A stretch of 63,789 nucleotides of DNA, the filler included, from Reticulomyxa filosa (lineage: Eukaryota; Protista; Foraminifera), in NCBI GenBank assembly GCA_000512085.1. It is 28 parts of 28 records of this genome, joined end to end, with 100 filler letters (N's around TTAATTAATTAA, not from the genome) between each part and the next. Parts side by side here need not be neighbours in the genome. Positions count along the whole stretch, not along the records: positions 24,157 to 25,309 come from ASPP01010114.1; positions 25,410 to 27,235 come from ASPP01006454.1; positions 27,336 to 28,834 come from ASPP01016222.1; positions 28,935 to 31,484 come from ASPP01026794.1; positions 31,585 to 33,152 come from ASPP01003968.1; positions 33,253 to 35,466 come from ASPP01048984.1; positions 35,567 to 37,119 come from ASPP01033663.1; positions 37,220 to 41,000 come from ASPP01009918.1; 20 more parts are not named here. The stretch is one strand, 5' to 3'. This document shows, piece by piece, positions 25,261 through 37,239 of this stretch; the stretch's first letter is position 1, and the number at the start of each line of letters is the position of its first letter. The position numbers and the translations under genes were made by a program. The notes under the pieces are model-generated. The model had not been told where the DNA came from. It did not search any database and saw nothing but the letters and a program-made list of their open reading frames with translations.

Positions 25261-27335
25261 TCGTCTTTTTTTTTTTCCTCCTTTCCTCTGATACTTTTTT
25301 TTTTTTTTTNNNNNNNNNNNNNNNNNNNNNNNNNNNNNNNNNNNNNNNNNNNNTTAATTAATTAANNNNNNNNNNNNNNNNNNNNNNNNNNNNNNNNNNN
25401 NNNNNNNNNTATAAAAATTTTGATGATGAGTTTATTTTGGATCTTCATTCGATTTCCACAAATGCATATCGATATACTTCAATAATAAAAAAAAAGCATT
25501 GTCTTTTAAAAAATGGACGGAAATCAAAAAAAATTTCCAAATTTATGGGACATCTATCAAAATATAAAACATTGGAACAAGAAGTTCTTGGAAGAAATTA
25601 AATATTTGATTGATGAAAAAAAAATTAAATATAAACAACACTAACGCAAACATTTGACCAATTAAACAAAGATGGAGTTGATATTACGCCTAATTTAAGT
25701 TCAAACAATGCTATCATTAATTTACCAAAAAACGAAAAAAAAATATAGAATATACTTAAGATATTCCACATAAAAGGCAAAAAAAAACTCTGACAATCAA
25801 AGTAATTTTGAGGCAATGCAAAAATATTTGGAAAAGATTGAAAGGGAAAATCACATGCAGAAAGCTAAAAGGTAAAACTAATTTTTCGAATCCTTAAAAC
25901 AATTTTCTATATATTTTTGAAATAATAATTATGATTATGAAAAGCAAAATTAAGGATAAATAAAGTTTTTTAAAAAAATGAAAATTGAAAATAAATAATA
26001 TTAAATTTATTCAAATTTTACATTAATTTTTCATTGGATCCAATTTTGATGTTAATACATTTAGTTTTGGTTTTTTTGAAAAAAAAATTATGTGTTGTTT
26101 TGAGGATTTAAGCAGAATTGAATGTAGACTCAATTTATTCTCAAGTATAAATATTCCAAAGCAAAAAAAAACAAACAAAAAGGCCATAATGAATGAAAAA
26201 AGTTGAAAAATTGGAAAATGAAAACCAAGAATTAAATGCTATCATTCAACTAGAAGAAGAAATACATGCAGAAAAAGTACAACAATTAGAAAGAAGTATA
26301 AATTAAAAATTACATTACTTTTAAAAGTTATAAATTTCATTAACAAGCAAATAATTAAAAAACGACAAATAAAAGTGAAAAAGAAAACGCTTGTTCTAGG
26401 AGGCAATGCCTTGATTAAACTTTTTTTTTTTTGCTTTTTTTTTTGTTCGATTAATTTTGTTTATTTTGCATGTTAATCTTTTTTTTTAATAAATTAAAAT
26501 TGTTTTTTTAATTTTTTGGAAGAATTAATTATAAATATATTTTATTTGAAGTTTAATTTTGAATAATTTTTTGCATTTCGCCTTTTTTTGTTTAGTTTTT
26601 TTTCATTGATAACAGCCATGAACATTGCAATCATACTATTACTAAGGTTCGTTGTAATTGTGATCGGAATCATGTCATTTGTCGCAGGCGTCAAAGAAAT
26701 TCTTTGCATAATATAATTGACAATTCGGATTTTAATTCAAATAACAATTTTTGTAGTTTAATTTATCTAAGTTTAAGTACGGTGGTTTCATTCAAGCAGA
26801 AGTTAACTTGTTTTGTGGAAGTCATCTGATCTACTACGAATGCGGAAGTTCTTGGTGCAAAGATTTTCATGAGCATTTAATTTATCTTTGGATATTCGAT
26901 GTAACCAGCGTACCGGTATTGTAAGATGGAAGATTTTATAAGTGATAATATTGAAATAATAAAAGGGCTCAGATCATTTTCTTAAAGTAGCGTTGGAGAA
27001 TTTACAAAATGAAAACAATAATATCAAAGAAAAATTATAGTCTAGAATGTTGTTTCAGTTTTATCTCTTTATAAAAGAGTTTGTTAATTGATATTATGAA
27101 TAAGTTATATAAAAAAAGTTTACTTCGCACGTTTCTGTACAAGCAAATAATTATACCTAAAACTAAATACAATTAATTAGCACTGACAGCATCCACAATA
27201 TTCAAAAAGCAAAAACTTAAAATTTAAAAAAATAANNNNNNNNNNNNNNNNNNNNNNNNNNNNNNNNNNNNNNNNNNNNTTAATTAATTAANNNNNNNNN
27301 NNNNNNNNNNNNNNNNNNNNNNNNNNNNNNNNNNN

Positions 27336-27817
27336 TGAATGCTTGTTTCCGATCTGCTCGGTCTTTCTTCTCGATTACCTTTATTGGTCGACGATGATGC
27401 TAACGCTATTGGCACTGTCTTCTTCTTACCGCTCTCGCTTTCGCTTTCTTTGTTTTCCACGAGCATACACAATGTTGTCGAACTTCTCGTCAATTGTGGC
27501 GATATGTCCACATTATATTGCGTCACTATTGATTTGTAATTGTTCAACGCATCTCTCAACCAATACCCGTTTTGTCCACCGATAAACTGCAATAGATACC
27601 CTTTGCACTCGTAGTTGCTTTTGCACGGGTTGCAATTGCTCCAACTAAATAACGCTCTTGCTGCTATTTGTCCTTTACCTCCCACCGATTGCACACATGC
27701 GCAACTGCGGTTCACACCACCCATTGCAAACGTTTCAAACTCCAGCGTTTTTTGCAGTGATGGGTTGCATCCCGCAATTATGACTGATGAGTGCTTCTTT
27801 TTCTGCATATTTGCCAT
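27336..27817 (-). CDS. PfkB-family sugar kinase (FruK/LacC-like), 3'-truncated
   Basis: IIAGCNPSLQKTL, GGVNRS, VGGKGQIAARAL, LQFIGGQNG and TRSSTTL match the 1-phosphofructokinase/tagatose-6-P kinase N-terminus. Confidence 0.8.
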
Positions 27818-28295
27818 TTTTTTTTTCAAAAAAAAAACGCTAGTTAAACCCAAAAAAAAAAAAACAAAGCGTAGAAAAATTTTGAACTGAAACAGAAGAA
27901 GAGGAATGATTGGCTGTCATGGCTTTGATAACCTTTTTCTGAATAAAAATTCCGCTAGTCTTCTTCAAACTTTTTTTTCTCCTGCTGTTGTCTTGGCTTG
28001 CTAAAGTAGGCCAACAACACTATTTTTATTTGCCTTTGAACCCATGTATAAAACCGTTTTAAAAATACATTGTGGCACTTACAAAAATCACGTATCGTCA
28101 ACAAGTTTTTTGTTTGAGTTAGGAAAACACATTGCAAGCAGACACATGGCATATCTAGAGCTCAATTACACTTTGAATTGCAATCATAAAAAAAAAGTTA
28201 CAAAAAAAATCTCAAAGTATTAATATTCTAAAATGTAAAGAGGTTTTTTTGAGTTGTCCCAGGGCTTACATTCTAAAAATTAACGATACGAAGAT

Positions 28296-28800
28296 ATGAC
28301 CCAAAGCATATCAGAAGAATTTTGGTATGTGCAAGCTGATGCAATATGGCAATTTGGTTTGCCAGCAGCTCCAATATTGAGTGATTACGGAGGCGGAAGT
28401 GATATGAAACTAGGATGCCCAGTACTAGTTCTAAAGGTTCGATCAGAGGATATGTTATCGCGCTTCCCCAAGTCGATTTGTGAGGTTCTGGTGGAGCACA
28501 TCAACAGCGTGATAGAGGCAAACAATAGTATAGAGAAGGACGAGAGAATTGCCCATCTGGAAACAAAGACAGTGAGCATGGAGGACATTCAAAAAAATTG
28601 GGAAATAACAGGTCATTTCGAAATCACAGGATATGTTCCAGGATGCGAAATCAAAAGTAGCAACCAGTTTAACATTATGTATCAAGGATGGTTGTTTCAA
28701 GAGGATGTGCAAGATGCATCCATTTCGCATGCAATGTCGTATCCATTGATTGGAATATATGATCCAGTTGGCTTTCAAATACCACCAAAGGATGATGTCG
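28296..28800 (+). CDS. Hypothetical protein, 3'-truncated, divergent from the PfkB gene
   Basis: About 167 codons of globular-looking open frame ending at a GT intron. No family recognised. Confidence 0.6.
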
Positions 28801-28801
28801 T

Positions 28802-28834
<33 letters not shown>

Positions 28835-28934
28835 NNNNNNNNNNNNNNNNNNNNNNNNNNNNNNNNNNNNNNNNNNNNTTAATTAATTAANNNNNNNNNN
28901 NNNNNNNNNNNNNNNNNNNNNNNNNNNNNNNNNN

Positions 28935-29122
28935 TCCAGATCGGTCGTCAGCTCAAGTTACGGATGGTGGCCGAGGGCATTGATAACCCGCATGACCTGG
29001 CCTACCTGCAAGGCCGCTACCCGGACCTAGAGCTGCAGGGTTTTTACCTGGCCCGTCCGGTGGCATCAGCTGACCTGGCGGCACACCTTGACTACGAAAA
29101 ACAAGGCCAGGCACGCGCTTGA
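28935..29122 (+). CDS. EAL-domain (c-di-GMP phosphodiesterase) C-terminus, bacterial
   Basis: QIGRQLKLRMVAEGID...ELQGFYLARP. Confidence 0.85.
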
Positions 29123-29166
29123 ACGCAGACAAGAAAAAACGGCCCGCAAGGGCTAATGCCAGTCAG

Positions 29167-30462
29167 TTAACGCTGACTGGCATTTTTCGTTGGATATTTG
29201 TGTGCCCTGTTCTTCACCACTCGCGGGCAATGTCGGTCTGGTCTGCGGGGTGGTAGGACAAACAGACTCGACTGCTCCAGCAAGCGCGACAATTGCACAG
29301 GCAACGTACCTGCCGAGCTCAGGCTGGCAAAGCACAGCACATTCACTATCGCGTAGCTGGCAGTCTGGAAACTGATCCGGCGTGGTTCTACCTTCGCTTG
29401 CGCAGCCATCTCCCGCATCCACCGCCGCAGCAAGGTATACGCAATCAGTACCCCCCATAGCTCTTGCCGAACCAAGTCTGGCTGTTTGCTGCGCAACACC
29501 GGCTCGGCATGCTGCAGCGATTGTTTGATCTCGCGAAACCCCAGCTCGATTTCCCAGCGTTCTGCATACAGCTGCGCCAACTGCACCGCAGGGTAAGCCT
29601 GATGATCCAGCACCGAGGTCAGATAGCGCCGCTTTCGTCCGGCCATCTCCACCTCTATCAGCCGGGCCTGCCAATAACGGGGCAGCGCGGGATGCTGCTC
29701 CGTGCCTGCGGCGAGACCGGCATGCGTATGAGGGTGTCCCCGGCAGAGAACTGCATCACACGCTCGTAACGCAACTTGTCTTTGGCCCGCATCAGCCAGT
29801 GCCGCGAAACGCCCTGTTCCTGCCACTGCAGCAGGAAGGCGGCCGAGAAGTAAGCCATCAAACAAGGTAATCGAATGATCCTGCCCTTGCAGACCCGCTG
29901 CGAGTGTCAGCTCGCCACGGTCCATGCCCCCCATTTGGGCATCCAATAACTCATGGCTGAGGGTGTCCATCAGGCAGACCGCACGGATCTGTGCCCAAGG
30001 GAGTGCCCCATGCTGTGTGGCGCAACGGCCAAGCTGCTGCTGATTCTCCGGGGTGTCCGGCGCACACCAGACGACCCCGTCAACGGCCAGTACGCGCAAG
30101 GCGTCATGGGTGGGGGCTCGGTTCCAGGCTTGGGTGAGCATCCGGAACAGTTGCGCCATCGGCTCGTCGCCAAGGCGCTGACGTGCCTGAACGCTGGCGC
30201 TGGGTGCGGGTAGGGTTTGTTGATCGAGACTCAGCGCCAATTGCTGCACGACCTGCCATAGCGGTAAGTGGCGAAAGAGTGCTAGGCCAATGACCAGCCA
30301 GACGGCATGCTCGGCAGGGAGTTTACGACGCCGGATAGAGGCTTTACCGGTTACGGCGAGGGCTTGTGCGATCCAGTCTGGGTCAATCAATGCGGCCAAT
30401 GCTTCCAAGCGAGAGGGGGTGTGTGGCAGCGTGTCATTTAATGCGTGTTGTAGCAGGCTCAT
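29167..30462 (-). CDS. IS4 DDE transposase with two compensating frameshifts
   Basis: RRRKLPAE, ARQRLG, VLAVDG, LFD, YAERWEIELGFREIK (YREK motif). The expected sequence AYFSAAFL...HWLMRAK lies in another frame between ~29860 and ~29700. Confidence 0.9.
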   Translation of the reverse strand: MSLLQHALNDTLPHTPSRLEALAALIDPDWIAQALAVTGKASIRRRKLPAEHAVWLVIGLALFRHLPLWQVVQQLALSLDQQTLPAPSASVQARQRLGDEPMAQLFRMLTQAWNRAPTHDALRVLAVDGVVWCAPDTPENQQQLGRCATQHGALPWAQIRAVCLMDTLSHELLDAQMGGMDRGELTLAAGLQGQDHSITLFDGLLLGRLPAAVAGTGRFAALADAGQRQVALRACDAVLCRGHPHTHAGLAAGTEQHPALPRYWQARLIEVEMAGRKRRYLTSVLDHQAYPAVQLAQLYAERWEIELGFREIKQSLQHAEPVLRSKQPDLVRQELWGVLIAYTLLRRWMREMAAQAKVEPRRISFQTASYAIVNVLCFASLSSAGTLPVQLSRLLEQSSLFVLPPRRPDRHCPRVVKNRAHKYPTKNASQR

Positions 30463-30467
30463 ACAGC

Positions 30468-30500
30468 AAAAAAGGGAACATGATGAACATGTTCCCTTTT
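30468..30500 (-). terminator. Intrinsic terminator-like hairpin just upstream of the transposase ATG
   Basis: On the minus strand, AAAAGGGAACATG-TTCAT-CATGTTCCCTTTT followed by more T. Confidence 0.7.
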
Positions 30501-30574
30501 ACTGGATTTGCAGTCGCAAGTCTTAACTGACTGGCATTACCTCGCGGTGGCTTTTTGTTTGCTAGGGAGCAGGT

Positions 30575-31484
<910 letters not shown>

Positions 31485-33840
31485 NNNNNNNNNNNNNNNN
31501 NNNNNNNNNNNNNNNNNNNNNNNNNNNNTTAATTAATTAANNNNNNNNNNNNNNNNNNNNNNNNNNNNNNNNNNNNNNNNNNNNAATTAAGTTGAGAAAT
31601 TTTTTTAAGAAAGAAAAAGAAAAAAATGGATAATAAGAAATAAAAAAGAAATTAAAATGAAAAAAAAGATTAAAAATGTAAAAGAAAAATAAATTAAAAA
31701 AGATGATAATGAGGAAAAAAAAAAAAAGATGACAATGAGAAAAAAGGAAAAAAAAAGAAAAAAAAGAAAAAAAAAGAAGAACGAATACGTCCAAAAAAGC
31801 AAATACAAATGATATCCTCAATCCAAAAAATTGTTGAATGGACGAATGGTGATATATGCGAGAATTTCCAGCAACAACCATTATCCCAATGCCAAACTGT
31901 ATCGCTCATTTACAAGGACGACGACAGCGGATGAATTTGGTATGTTAGAAAATATCAATTATATAATGGGATTGGAACAGTTGAAAAAAAATTGCCCAGA
32001 TCAATCGCAGACAATCTGGGTCTTGATACTGTCCAACTATAAAACTATACTTCAGATATCGTGGCTCCATTTGGTGGATGAATTTTGCGAAACTCCAAGC
32101 CAACATCGTTGACAAACAAGAAAAGGAAGACAGGAGGATGATGAATAATAGGAAGAAAATTCCGAGGAACTGTGTTGGATTTGTTTTAAAAAGAAAAAAA
32201 AAAAAAACAGTCTGCCAACTTTACTTTTGTTATGAAATGCCTTTTCACACCTGCGAGTGGAGGCTTTGCGTATTCTTATGTATGGACTAATTATGAGCCT
32301 CCAATGGAAACTTCTTGCCGGATATGACAATGCCAAGCACAGTGCCAGTGATGCTTATGATTGCAACGACGAAACGTGGTCCATGCCATCTTTTTACTCA
32401 TTTGTCAATTGTTTAACACGTTGGACTGGTGTTGTGCGCGCCAATACTTGGGTGCCGCTGCTGTATTCAACGATTTGATTTGGTGCACGAGGAAAAGCTA
32501 ATGTTGTTGAGCATTTGTTACAAAATGCAACAACGTCGTGCCAATTGATAATTGAATCGACGATTCGAAAGCCACTCATTATTTATCAAGAAAAAAAATT
32601 TGTATATTGTTAATGTGTTGGTGGCGCTGGGCCCTGCTGGGTGGATACGTGGACATATTTAATGTCAGCAGTCGAGCCCTCCCCCCCACATGGTCTTGGT
32701 TGGTCACTTATCTGTGCATATTCCAAGTTCATGTTACATGTTATTATAATCGTGTTTTGGGTCCATTGCTTGAAAAAGTTTATTTTATATACTTTTTTTT
32801 TGTATATGTACGTATTCGATAACTAATAGCAACACAACATCTTTATACGTATATTGATTATTTATTTCTATTTATGTGCTATGTGTTGCTTGAAATATTT
32901 CAATAGATATTCCAAGGTATATCAACGAAGTTTTGGAATGCAGCGTCGAATCATGAAATCCGCACTACAACGCACGCGCCCGTCATTTCTCCAATAAATT
33001 CGCTGCATCAATCCCATCACTTGGAGAAAAATGGCTTGCAAGTCGCCAATTTGTACTTTTTTGCGTTGGATTAGTGTCGAACGTGAGTTTTGAATTGTAA
33101 ATCGTGTAGAATCTTGGGCGCACTCAAAAATCAAGCTGAACCATGTCACGTGNNNNNNNNNNNNNNNNNNNNNNNNNNNNNNNNNNNNNNNNNNNNTTAA
33201 TTAATTAANNNNNNNNNNNNNNNNNNNNNNNNNNNNNNNNNNNNNNNNNNNNCTAACTTCTTTTTCATCTTGCATTGTTTTCTTTCTTTTTTTTTTGTTT
33301 TAAAGATGCAAGGGATTTGTTTCAATCTAATGATATTAAAATGAAGTTTTTTAAAAAGGGAGAAGCTCACATTTTTTTGTGTAGTTCCCTTTGGAAGTTG
33401 GACCTTTTTTTTTATCGATTCCCAATTTTGTGTTAACTGTTTTCTGAGCGTCGCACGCGAAAAAAAAGATAAAAAAAAAACATAACAATAGAATAAAAAA
33501 TTATTGTAGGGATCAAATAGATCTAAGAACAACAGGGTTGAAGATATTAGTAATATATTGTTGTTATTAAATCAACTTGAACGAATAACGAGATAGGTGT
33601 GATTGTATACCAGTAGAAAGAATTGAGTTAATATATTTTCTTGTAGATAAATTATATAATGCTGTCAAATAAAGATGTTCTTTTCTTATATCGTATTGTT
33701 TTACAAAAAAAAATCATTGAATAGAGTTTTTTCTTTTAAAAAAAACTAAAAATCTAAAAAAAAAACTCTAGTCAAGTTCTAAAAACTTAAAGTAAATCCC
33801 CCCGTTGAATCTAAGTGAAAAAAAAAAAACTTAAAAAGAA

Positions 33841-35466
33841 ATGGATGGGACGTATCTTGCAACCTTTGTTAACGAGAAAAAAGAAGATAAAAGAAACTTA
33901 AAAACTGAAAGCGAAAAAACGAATTCAACAAAAGAAAAATTGCAACGATATTACCAAACACAAGATAAATTGGTTCCATTATTTGATGATCCTGGACAAT
34001 CTATTGATTCGTGTTACATTCGATTGGCCCTTTTAAGTCAGCAGCAATTTCAAGAAAAAAAAAACAAAATGACAACAAATGAAGAAAATCATGAAGAAGA
34101 AGAAAATCACGAAGAAGAAGAAAATCATGAAGAAAAAGAAAATGATGAAGAAAAAGAAGAAGAAGAAAATTATGAAGAAAATAAAGAAGAAAATGGAAAA
34201 TGGCCAAATACATTAGATTATTCATTACTATATGGCAATGAAACAAAAACAATAGAAATACAAGATATTTGGCAAGACAAAGAAAATGGATCAAAAGTGC
34301 GTCATATAAGTATTCGTGGCGAAGCTGGAAGTGGAAAAAGTGTTTTGACTCAAAGAATTGCATATTTATGGGCAAAAGATCAAATATGGAATGATGAATT
34401 TCAATATTTATTACATATTCCTTTGAGAAAAATTGTAAATATTTTTGATAATTGTGATGAAAAGGAAGATATTGTTGAAGATCAATGGTTAAAAATTATT
34501 AATGAATTAAATATTCCAGAATGGAATATAAGTGATACAAGACGTATTGTATATTCAATTAATAGATTATTATTATTATTAGATGGATTTGATGAAATTG
34601 CAAATGAAATTGAAAAAAATATTGGTTTAAAACAATGGTTGGAATATTGTACTTCCAGTAAAGATTATTATATAATAATGACAAGTCGTCCTAATGCAAT
34701 GTGTTTTTATTTAGATGATCCACGAATATTAAATGTTATTGGATTTCGATCACAAGATATTAAACATTATGTTCGTGCATATTTTCAAAATTTGATAATA
34801 GATGATGATAACAATTCTGAAGCCGAATTATTGATAAAAAAATTAAATAATAATTCAACTTTAAAATTATTAAGTCATACACCTTTATATTTACGTTTAT
34901 TTTGTTATTTATCAAGACAAAGTGTATTATCATCAACTAATGATAAATGGGATACTATGTCACTTTCAAAATTATATGAAATATTATTTAAAACTTATAT
35001 GAAATGGAATTGGATTAAATTAAATGGAACAAAATCTGAATTAAATGAACAAATATTATTTACTATTTTTGAAATGGAGATAAATTATTTATCACATCTT
35101 GCATGGGAAGGATTAAAATATGGACAAGCTGTTATTTCTTCTGAAATACAACAAAAAGTTTTAAATATTATTAAAAATAAATATCCACGAAAAAATATTT
35201 CATTTATATCTCAATGGTCTAGAATTAATTCATTTGGATTTTTACAAGGATATGAATCAATTCATTCATCATATCCAATAGATTCAGTATATTTTCCTCA
35301 TTTAACATTTCAAGAATGGCTTGCTGCTTATTATTTAGTAAATTGTTTATATGAATCAAAAGAATCAGATAAACATAAACAAGTATGTTCAATTTTAATA
35401 AATGAACAGCTTAATTCAAAATATGCTGTAATGATACCATTTATGGCAGGAATATTATACAATAAT
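33841..35466 (+). CDS. NACHT-domain STAND NTPase (NLR-like), intronless, 3'-truncated
   Basis: YIRLALL, Walker A GEAGSGKS, Walker B LLLLLDGFDEI, IIMTSRP, GF, TPLYL, FPHLTFQEWLAAYYL. Confidence 0.93.
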
Positions 35467-37239
35467 NNNNNNNNNNNNNNNNNNNNNNNNNNNNNNNNNN
35501 NNNNNNNNNNTTAATTAATTAANNNNNNNNNNNNNNNNNNNNNNNNNNNNNNNNNNNNNNNNNNNNATTGAAGCACAATTATACCTGTTTTGTTGAATTA
35601 AAGAAGTTGAGAGATTTTTATCTAATCTCAAAGATAACATTATGCGAAAATACTTCTTAATTCTTTGTGATTTACAATTTGGTGGAAAACATTGGTAACA
35701 TTCTTTTTAAAAAAATTTGTGAAATTGTATTTGTAAATGAAACGGCTGCATTGAAACGTGTGACGACAAAACAAACGAGTACAAATTGAGAAAAATGTTT
35801 TGGACTACTTAGAACGTAACAATGTGACGATAAGACAGTCCGTCGCTTCAAAAGATTCTTTCATATTTGAAGTTATGAACTGCCAAGGAGTTACTATCCT
35901 TTGTTTTAGGTGAGAAACTCTCAAAATTTCTGCTACACACCATTTTTAACATTACTCGAAGGGGGCCATCCCTAGATCAAACAAAATAAGTGAACGAAAA
36001 CTTCGATTTTTGCTTTAATAAGTTCAAAAAATGTTCATTTGTTAAATTTAAAAAAAAAGAATAAGTGATTCATTTTACTTTCAATCGCATTTATTTACTG
36101 TTTTTACATTGTTTTTTTCAATATTTCTGAAGATATTAAAAAAAAACTAGCTAATTAATATCATTATAGAAAAAATGAATTTTTATAATTTCTTGATTAA
36201 TTTGACAAATAAAAATAAGAAACGGAACGGTTATTGTCCAAATATGCACTGAACTAAATATCACATAAGCTGAACTTTTTAGCTGTTGAAAATAAATTGG
36301 TACAAAAAGAGTCCCAAATTGATTAACATGTAAATTACTCAAACATTCGAAAATACTTGTTGAGAATACGCAAGATAATGTTCAAGAAAAGCGTTCCTTT
36401 TTTTGTACGAAGCCTTAACAAAACAAAAAAAAAGAAAAATATCGTAGCCAAAGATAACAAAATCTCACTGCCATCAATTTGAACAAATGAAATTTAGAAA
36501 AATGTGAACAAATTTTATCATTGCTATTAAAGCAATTTAACAATGGATTGGCTCTCGCTTTTATTTTATTACACACCAATTGATTTAATTCATGTTTCGG
36601 TGATGTCGATAATATTTCTGTAAGTTTTCAACTTTTCCTGATAGTTCAGATTTTAAATTATTGTACATATTCGACATAACATATTTATACATATATTGAT
36701 TTAATATGTATGTGTTACTTGAAATTTTTGAATAGGTATTTAAAGGTATGCAAATGGACGTATACTGCATGAAATTTGGATTGCAGATAGACAAATTGTT
36801 GCTGCTTGTATTCCTATTGATGCTACAGTTAGTCTCCAGCAATAATAGCAGTAATGATAGCGCAACGGCAACAGTAGCAGTATCGATTATTGTTGCAGTA
36901 CATGAAAAGAATAAAAGTGGTGGCAGCATTATAGTCGAATTGTTGCCGATGGAAATCCAACATGTTGAGTCATATGGAGGTCATTATTGATTGAAAGAAA
37001 ATCAAACAATTTGAAAGTGGTGAGCTGATTTTATCGTGTTATGCGCGCAACTTATGTTTCAAGTTATAATTTTATTTTTTTTTAATAATGTGGATTGAAA
37101 CATGTATGATCAATACACANNNNNNNNNNNNNNNNNNNNNNNNNNNNNNNNNNNNNNNNNNNNTTAATTAATTAANNNNNNNNNNNNNNNNNNNNNNNNN
37201 NNNNNNNNNNNNNNNNNNNTTTTTTTTTTTTTTTTTTTT

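Larger units (their letters stand above)
29154..30539 (-). mobile_element. IS4-family insertion sequence, 1386 bp
   Basis: Perfect 17-bp terminal inverted repeats TAATGCCAGTCAGTTAA (29154-29170 and 30523-30539) enclose a DDE transposase. Confidence 0.95.

Noticed and set aside
25410-27235. Possible decayed coiled-coil gene
   Set aside because: No frame or motif can be supported.
36955-36990. SYGGHY resembling a USP His box
   Set aside because: Followed immediately by a stop, with no other USP motifs.
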